Below, in pieces: positions 59,203 through 64,000 of a stretch of DNA of 64,000 nt; position 1 is the first letter of the stretch, and the number at the start of each line of letters is the position of its first letter. The notes below the pieces were generated by a model, which was not told where the DNA came from, did not search any database, and saw only the letters and a program-made list of their open reading frames with translations. This DNA comes from Candidatus Aenigmatarchaeota archaeon. Lineage in GTDB: Archaea; Aenigmatarchaeota; Aenigmatarchaeia; CG10238-14; SCSR01. The stretch lies in assembly GCA_038998335.1 (NCBI GenBank), contig JAVZHQ010000001.1, positions 576,001 to 640,000 of the forward strand. Direction: 5' to 3'. The position numbers and the translations under genes are program-made.

Positions 59203-60279
59203 TTAAGTCGGACATGGTGTAGCAGAATAATAACAACAACTAGTTGAAGAGGCAGGAGCTGGCCGGCAAGTGTTTGAGCTTAAGTAAGAGTTTGGATAAG
59301 GAGAAGGACAGCTTACTGTACAAGATGTTAAAATGTAGCAATTTTCTGTTGTACAAAGGAGCCCCCAATTACTATAGTCGCAAGAGCAAGTCCCTCCAAC
59401 ATTGCAAGCTAAAGTATAACCAGAGGCATCTTCCCAGTAAAATTCTGAATTTTTCTCTTCACCAGGAGCAACGCTTCCTATGTGCTGCTTTAAAGTTATT
59501 GCTGAATTGTACTGCCCTTCGTCACTAACGTTCAACTCATAATCATAATCGCTTAGCCAATCAAGCCTTATCCTCCATAAAAGCAAATCCTTATAATTTC
59601 TTTTGTGAACTTCATACTTCTTTTCTTTTAAATAAGTTGAGTTGAAAATAGCGTTCAAACCATGCAAATCATAAACTTCAACTTCATTCAAAGTTGAATT
59701 TATAACGAAAGCATTATCTTCATAAGAATTGTTTATTTTTATCTCAGTAGTTTTCCACCAAAACCAAAGGTCATCGATAGCTTTTGAACCAGTATTATAG
59801 CCATAAAAGCTTACGCTAAGCTTTCTATCGTTATCTTTAAGGAAATACCTAACCTTAAAGTAAAACTTATAACCTCCTGGCGCATTATACTCCTTTGAAG
59901 TACCGTTAAGTTCAACCCATGTTGCCTCTTCGTTTGTTGCGTTAGTCCATGTTAATTCAAAAGAATCTGTGCAAATTCCTTCGAATTTAAAATTCCCTAC
60001 AGTTGCGTTTATGCAAATCCAATTTCTGCTCCACCAGTTTGGCAAGTCTTGAGTTATCTGAAGGCCTGAAGTTTTATTTACCCAGTAAACCTCTTGATCG
60101 TTCCAAATTTTAAAGGTTTGTGTTGTTGAATTGTACTCAAGAAAAGTAGAATTTCTTGGTTTACATTGAGCTTTAACCAAGGTAAAATTGCTTTCAACTA
60201 ATTTATCTTGTTTTATTTGGATTAAACTCAAAGCTAAAATAAAAACTAGTGCAAGTATTATTATTTTTAAAATTTTCAT
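59203..60279 (-). CDS. Secreted or N-anchored 358-aa protein with beta-rich body and Cys-rich C-terminal tail
   Basis: N-terminal hydrophobic helix; 11 Cys in the last ~70 aa; same strand as, and adjacent to, the Asp-box gene. Confidence 0.82.
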   Translation of the reverse strand: MKILKIIILALVFILALSLIQIKQDKLVESNFTLVKAQCKPRNSTFLEYNSTTQTFKIWNDQEVYWVNKTSGLQITQDLPNWWSRNWICINATVGNFKFEGICTDSFELTWTNATNEEATWVELNGTSKEYNAPGGYKFYFKVRYFLKDNDRKLSVSFYGYNTGSKAIDDLWFWWKTTEIKINNSYEDNAFVINSTLNEVEVYDLHGLNAIFNSTYLKEKKYEVHKRNYKDLLLWRIRLDWLSDYDYELNVSDEGQYNSAITLKQHIGSVAPGEEKNSEFYWEDASGYTLACNVGGTCSCDYSNWGLLCTTENCYILTSCTVSCPSPYPNSYLSSNTCRPAPASSTSCCYYSATPCPT

Positions 60280-60342
60280 CTACTATTATTTCTTGGTTTA
60301 AACTATAAATTTAATTCAAAAGAAAGAAAAAAAGCAAAAAAC

Positions 60343-60624
60343 CTACTTCTCAAAGAGAACTTCATAGGCAACAAAAAGTGTTCCTATCAAAGCTAGAATC
60401 CATCCTATTGCTGCGAATATTGTATCTAAACCAATAGTTCCAAAAGTTAAGTAGTTAAGAACTACTTGGGGGAAAACTCCTGCAAACAGGAAGAAAACTC
60501 CTGCAGTTGCCAGGAAACCAAAACCCTTTTCTGATTTTTTCGTAAACTTTGCGTACTCAGCTAAGGCTATTCCTAGAAGTAAAGCTATACCCCATTCAAT
60601 AAAGGTTGCTTCAAACAAAGCCAT
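60343..60624 (-). CDS. Small 3-TM membrane protein (93 aa)
   Basis: Three hydrophobic segments; AGGTGG SD-like site upstream; T-rich tract downstream on the minus strand. Confidence 0.8.
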   Translation of the reverse strand: MALFEATFIEWGIALLLGIALAEYAKFTKKSEKGFGFLATAGVFFLFAGVFPQVVLNYLTFGTIGLDTIFAAIGWILALIGTLFVAYEVLFEK

Positions 60625-60742
60625 TTTTCCACCTATTTTTCATTTCAAAGAAAAGAAATATAAATTCTTCTCTTACCTATTTAAACATTACTTTCAAAAA
60701 GTGGTAACATACTTTTATGCTTAAGGAAAAGAAAAATTAATT

Positions 60743-61294
60743 ATGAAATATCCGTTAGATAAGTCTTATCGCTTGCTTTCGCCAAGGCTTGTAATCTTGG
60801 TAACAACTAATAATTCGAAAGGTGGAGTTAACGCTGCACCGGTAAGCTTTTGCTCGCCCGTAAGTTTTACTCCTCCTATAGTTATGATTTCTTTAACTCC
60901 AGAGATAAGAACTCATAAAAACATTCAGGAAACAAGAGAGTTTGTGATAAACATTCTGTCAAAACAATACGTTGACCAAGTTTTAAGATGTGCTGCTCGT
61001 TATCCTAACGGAATAAACAAGCTTGAGGTTGTTGGCTTAAGAAAATTTTCCTCTGTTTTGGTTAAGCCAGCAAGAGTGAAAGAAGCCTTTGCTTGGCTTG
61101 AATGCAGGCTAATAGAAGAAAAAAAGCTTGGCGACCACTTTGCAATTTTTGGCGAAGTTTTAACTGCAGAGATAAAAGATGAGATAGTAAAAGAAGGTGA
61201 AATAGATTTTTCTAAGGTAAGTCCAATATTGCATTTGTTCAAAGAATACTTTGCTTTTGATTTTAAAATCGCAAAGCAAAAGAGGTATGATTGA
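60743..61294 (+). CDS. Flavin reductase-like FMN-binding protein
   Basis: YRLLSPRLVILVTT, NAAPVSF, T..NI..TREFVINI, WLECRL, GDH..FGEV. Confidence 0.92.
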   Translation: MKYPLDKSYRLLSPRLVILVTTNNSKGGVNAAPVSFCSPVSFTPPIVMISLTPEIRTHKNIQETREFVINILSKQYVDQVLRCAARYPNGINKLEVVGLRKFSSVLVKPARVKEAFAWLECRLIEEKKLGDHFAIFGEVLTAEIKDEIVKEGEIDFSKVSPILHLFKEYFAFDFKIAKQKRYD

Positions 61295-61467
61295 TGCTCT
61301 GCCCAACATGCTCAAATGAAACAAGAGAACTTGTTGCATGCGACAGATGTAAGAAAATAGGTTGCGTAAGATGTGTAGTTAAAAAAGGGAAAGAATGGCT
61401 TTGCGAGAAATGTAGAAAAGAAGAAAAGCAAGGACCAGAAAGCGCTTTAGCCTCTCTTTTTGGTTAA
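61294..61467 (+). CDS. 57-aa zinc-finger protein with four CxxC motifs (absent from the ORF track)
   Basis: TGATG stop/start overlap with the upstream gene; translates MLCPTCSNETRELVACDRCKKIGCVRCVVKKGKEWLCEKCRKEEKQGPESALASLFG. Confidence 0.85.
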   Translation: MLCPTCSNETRELVACDRCKKIGCVRCVVKKGKEWLCEKCRKEEKQGPESALASLFG

Positions 61468-62054
61468 AAAACTTTTACGACTTCACCTTCAGGCTCTTTT
61501 TCCTTGAAAGCTTCAACTCTAAACCTAAAAATTTTTGTTTTTTTATTCTTCCAGGTTTCTGGTGATAAACCAGCCTTTAAACAAAGCGATTCCAAAAATT
61601 TTTCTTTTTCTTGAATTATCTCCCAAACTTGAGGTAAGTAAAGAGCGCTAAAGCCTTCATACTCTATTATTAAACCATCCTTTCCTTCTTCTATTACCTT
61701 AAGGTATTCTTGCGAATCTTTTACTTTTATTAGCTCAGGTTTTGTTAGAACAGAAACTTCAAAAGTCACTTTTTTAAGCTCTTCTTTTTTCAAAGGTTCG
61801 AACCTAAAATCCTCAAAAGCAGCAGAAATTGAAGCTTTTTGAACTGCTTCATAAAGAGGAAAGTAAGGTAAAGGAAAACCTATACAACCTCGCAGCTCAT
61901 TTTCAGGATAAGTTTCTATGGTTACAAAAACTCCTCTTTTTTCCTTAAACTCTTTTTCTTTACTTTCTTCTATTTCTAACTTATTTTTCTCGAAGAACTT
62001 TTCCACACTTTTTCTTGCAAGCTTTACCAAAATCTTTCCTTTTTCAAGCTCCAT
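61464..62054 (-). CDS. AMMECR1-domain protein
   Basis: RGVFVTI, LRGCIG, AAFEDFRF, EVSVLT, DGLII, LPQVW, LCLKAGL. Confidence 0.95.
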   Translation of the reverse strand: MELEKGKILVKLARKSVEKFFEKNKLEIEESKEKEFKEKRGVFVTIETYPENELRGCIGFPLPYFPLYEAVQKASISAAFEDFRFEPLKKEELKKVTFEVSVLTKPELIKVKDSQEYLKVIEEGKDGLIIEYEGFSALYLPQVWEIIQEKEKFLESLCLKAGLSPETWKNKKTKIFRFRVEAFKEKEPEGEVVKVF

Positions 62055-62111
62055 AAGTTAAATAAAGAATTAAAAAAATAAAAAAGAAAAGAGTGAAAGA
62101 AGCGTTACTAG

Positions 62112-62201
62112 CTACCACTCTTCTTCTGGAATTTCCTCTTCCTCTTCTTCTTCCTCTTCTCCTTCTTCCTCTTCTTCTTCAGCCCATTCTTCTTCTGCCA
62201 T
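62112..62201 (-). CDS. 29-aa hyperacidic peptide MAEEEWAEEEEEEGEEEEEEEEEIPEEEW (absent from the ORF track)
   Basis: ATG to TAG in frame; AGGTGA SD upstream; TATA-like box upstream; T-rich tract downstream; mixed GAA/GAG codons. Confidence 0.7.
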   Translation of the reverse strand: MAEEEWAEEEEEEGEEEEEEEEEIPEEEW

Positions 62202-62239
62202 TCACTTTTCACCTACTCACTATAAAAGAATTTAACAAA

Positions 62240-62254
62240 TATTTATAGTTTTCT
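62240..62254 (-). promoter_or_regulatory. Putative archaeal BRE and TATA box for the acidic peptide gene
   Basis: Minus strand reads AGAAAAC-TATAAATA, about 38 bp upstream of the ATG at 62201. Confidence 0.5.
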
Positions 62255-62297
62255 GTTTAGCTTACAAATAATTTTTATTCAAAATAAATTATAATTT

Positions 62298-64000
62298 ATG
62301 GGGTTTGTTATAAAAAAAGAGAATTTATTCTTTCCTTCTAAAGAAATGAAAAAGATTGCTTGGATTAAGGACAAAAAAATTTATAAGCGAGCTGAAAAGA
62401 ATCCTGTAAAATTTTGGGAAAGCTTAGCAAAAGAACTTTTTTGGTTTGAAAAATGGAAAAAAACTTTTCAGCATAAAGCACCTTACTTCAAGTGGTTCTT
62501 AGGTGGGAAAATCAACATAACTTCTAACATTTTTGAAAAAAACTTGCTTGGTTGGGAAAAAATTAAAGACAAAGTTGCGTTGATTTGGGAACCAGAAACT
62601 TTGGAAGAGAGACCAAGAATTTTAACCTATAAAGAACTTTTTAAAGAAGTTTGTAAGTTTGCTAATGCTTTAAAAAAACTGGGGGTAAAAAAAGGAGATA
62701 TAGTTGGAATTTATTTGCCAATGGTTCCAGAAACAATAATTTCTATGCTTGCTTGTGCAAGAATTGGTGCAGTTCATACAGTAATATTTTCTGCTTTTTC
62801 TCCCGAAGCCTTAAGAATAAGATTGCAAATAACCGAAGCAAAAATTTTGATTACTGCTGACGGTTACTACAGAAGAGGAAAAATAATAAACCTAAAGCAA
62901 AGTGCTGACGAAGGAATAAAAGAAACTAAGGTTGAAAAGGTTATTGTTGTTAAAAGAGCAAAAAATGAAATTCCTTGGAATCCTGAAAAAGATGTTTGGC
63001 TTGAGGATTTGATTAAAGAAGCAAGCGATGAATGTGAACCAGAAAAAATGGACTCAGAAGATTTACTTTTTATCTTGTTTACTTCAGGAACCACTGGTAT
63101 CCCAAAAGGAATAATTCATACTTGTGGAGGCTATACAGTACAAGCTTATTGGACTGGAAAATGGATTTTTGACTTTCATGAAAAAGATATTTTATGGTGC
63201 ACTTCAGACTTTGGTTGGATTACAGGTCATACTTATACTTGCTATTCTCCCTTGCTTAACGGGATAACAACTTTGATTTTCGAAGGAGCTCCGGATTATC
63301 CTACTCCTGACAGATGGGCACAAATAATAGAAAAGTATAAAGTAACGATTTTTTACACAGCGCCAACTGCTATAAGAATGTTTGAGAAAATGGACGGAAG
63401 CGTTGCTCAAAAATATAAGTTTAAAACTCTTCGTTTATTAGGCTCAGTAGGCGAAACGATAGACGAATCAACATGGCTTTGGTACTTTAAAAATGTTGGA
63501 AAAGAAAAATGCCCGATAGTTGATACTTGGTGGCAAACAGAAACTGGAGGAATATTAATTTCTTCTTTACCAGGAATTGGTCCTTTTAAGCCTGGTTTTG
63601 TTGGTTTGCCTTTTCCGGGAGTAAAAGTTGAAATTCTTGACGAAAAAGGTAAAGTTTGTAAAAAAGGGAAGGAAGGAAATTTAGTAATTCTTTCGCCTTT
63701 TCCTCCTGGTATGTTAAGAGGAATTTATAAGGACGAAAAAAAGTATCTGGAAACTTACTGGAGCAAGTATGGAAGTAAAATTTATTTTACAAGCGATGGA
63801 GCTTTTAAAGATGAAAATGGTTTAATAAGAATTGTTGGAAGGGTTGACGATGTAATAAAAGTTGCTGGTCATAGGATTACAACAGGAGAAATAGAAAATG
63901 CCTTGAATTCTCATCCTAGTGTAGTTGAGTCTGCTGTTGTTGGATTACCTGATGAAATTAAAGGTGAAGTTCCTTTTGCTTTTGTTGTTCTTAAGCAAGG
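62298..64000 (+). CDS. acs: Acetyl-CoA synthetase (AMP-forming), 3'-truncated by the window edge
   Basis: Frame starts at ATG 62298 and contains KWFLGGKIN, MLACARIGAVH, FTSGTTGIPKG, DFGWITGHTY, LGSVGE, DTWWQTETGG and GRVDDVIKVAGHR. Confidence 0.95.
   Translation, partial: MGFVIKKENLFFPSKEMKKIAWIKDKKIYKRAEKNPVKFWESLAKELFWFEKWKKTFQHKAPYFKWFLGGKINITSNIFEKNLLGWEKIKDKVALIWEPETLEERPRILTYKELFKEVCKFANALKKLGVKKGDIVGIYLPMVPETIISMLACARIGAVHTVIFSAFSPEALRIRLQITEAKILITADGYYRRGKIINLKQSADEGIKETKVEKVIVVKRAKNEIPWNPEKDVWLEDLIKEASDECEPEKMDSEDLLFILFTSGTTGIPKGIIHTCGGYTVQAYWTGKWIFDFHEKDILWCTSDFGWITGHTYTCYSPLLNGITTLIFEGAPDYPTPDRWAQIIEKYKVTIFYTAPTAIRMFEKMDGSVAQKYKFKTLRLLGSVGETIDESTWLWYFKNVGKEKCPIVDTWWQTETGGILISSLPGIGPFKPGFVGLPFPGVKVEILDEKGKVCKKGKEGNLVILSPFPPGMLRGIYKDEKKYLETYWSKYGSKIYFTSDGAFKDENGLIRIVGRVDDVIKVAGHRITTGEIENALNSHPSVVESAVVGLPDEIKGEVPFAFVVLKQ

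Noticed and set aside
1638-63410. Numerous 60-190 aa ORFs antisense to or nested in long genes (e.g. 11086-11436, 31662-32228, 33517-33951, 36126-36569, 51973-52182, 62867-63094)
   Set aside because: They are shadow frames of well-supported genes, with no motifs and Ser/Phe-rich mirror composition.
1-64000. rRNA, tRNA, integrase, transposase or viral hallmark genes
   Set aside because: None recognised; intergenic gaps are short and AT-rich with no GC-rich structured segments.

Overview
AT-rich, very gene-dense prokaryotic DNA. It is most likely archaeal, and a DPANN-type small-genome archaeon is my inference from the dense N-x-S/T sequons in secreted proteins, GGTGA/GGAGG Shine-Dalgarno sites, TATA-like promoters, archaeal-type MinD and AMMECR1 genes, and overlapping genes. 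Half the window (1-31467) is one reading frame, already open at base 1, for a giant protein of at least 10,488 aa. It has about 20 copies of a ~330-370 aa Cys/Trp-patterned beta-rich repeat, further Ig-like modules, a Pro/Gly linker, one transmembrane helix, and an intact-looking cytoplasmic HerA/VirB4/FtsK-type ATPase at the C-terminus. Downstream are a coiled-coil protein and a signalling cassette with no DNA-binding output (CheC-like phosphatase, stand-alone receiver, MEDS protein, multi-TM protein, HAMP histidine kinase, orphan family-5 solute-binding protein, triple-PAS protein). A ~20 kb cluster of secreted or membrane-anchored proteins follows. Several are paralogous to modules of the giant protein, and the cluster also holds candidate pilin-like subunits, an Asp-box propeller adhesin, two MinD ATPases and an HExxH membrane protease. 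The window ends with a flavin reductase-like gene, two small ORFs missing from the ORF track (a 4xCxxC zinc finger and a 29-aa poly-Glu peptide), AMMECR1 and a truncated acetyl-CoA synthetase. The best candidate for an undescribed system is an ATPase-powered giant surface appendage or conduit with its own assembly, positioning and sensory genes. I saw no rRNA, tRNA, CRISPR array or mobile element. All family calls come from reading motifs by eye; no searches were run.
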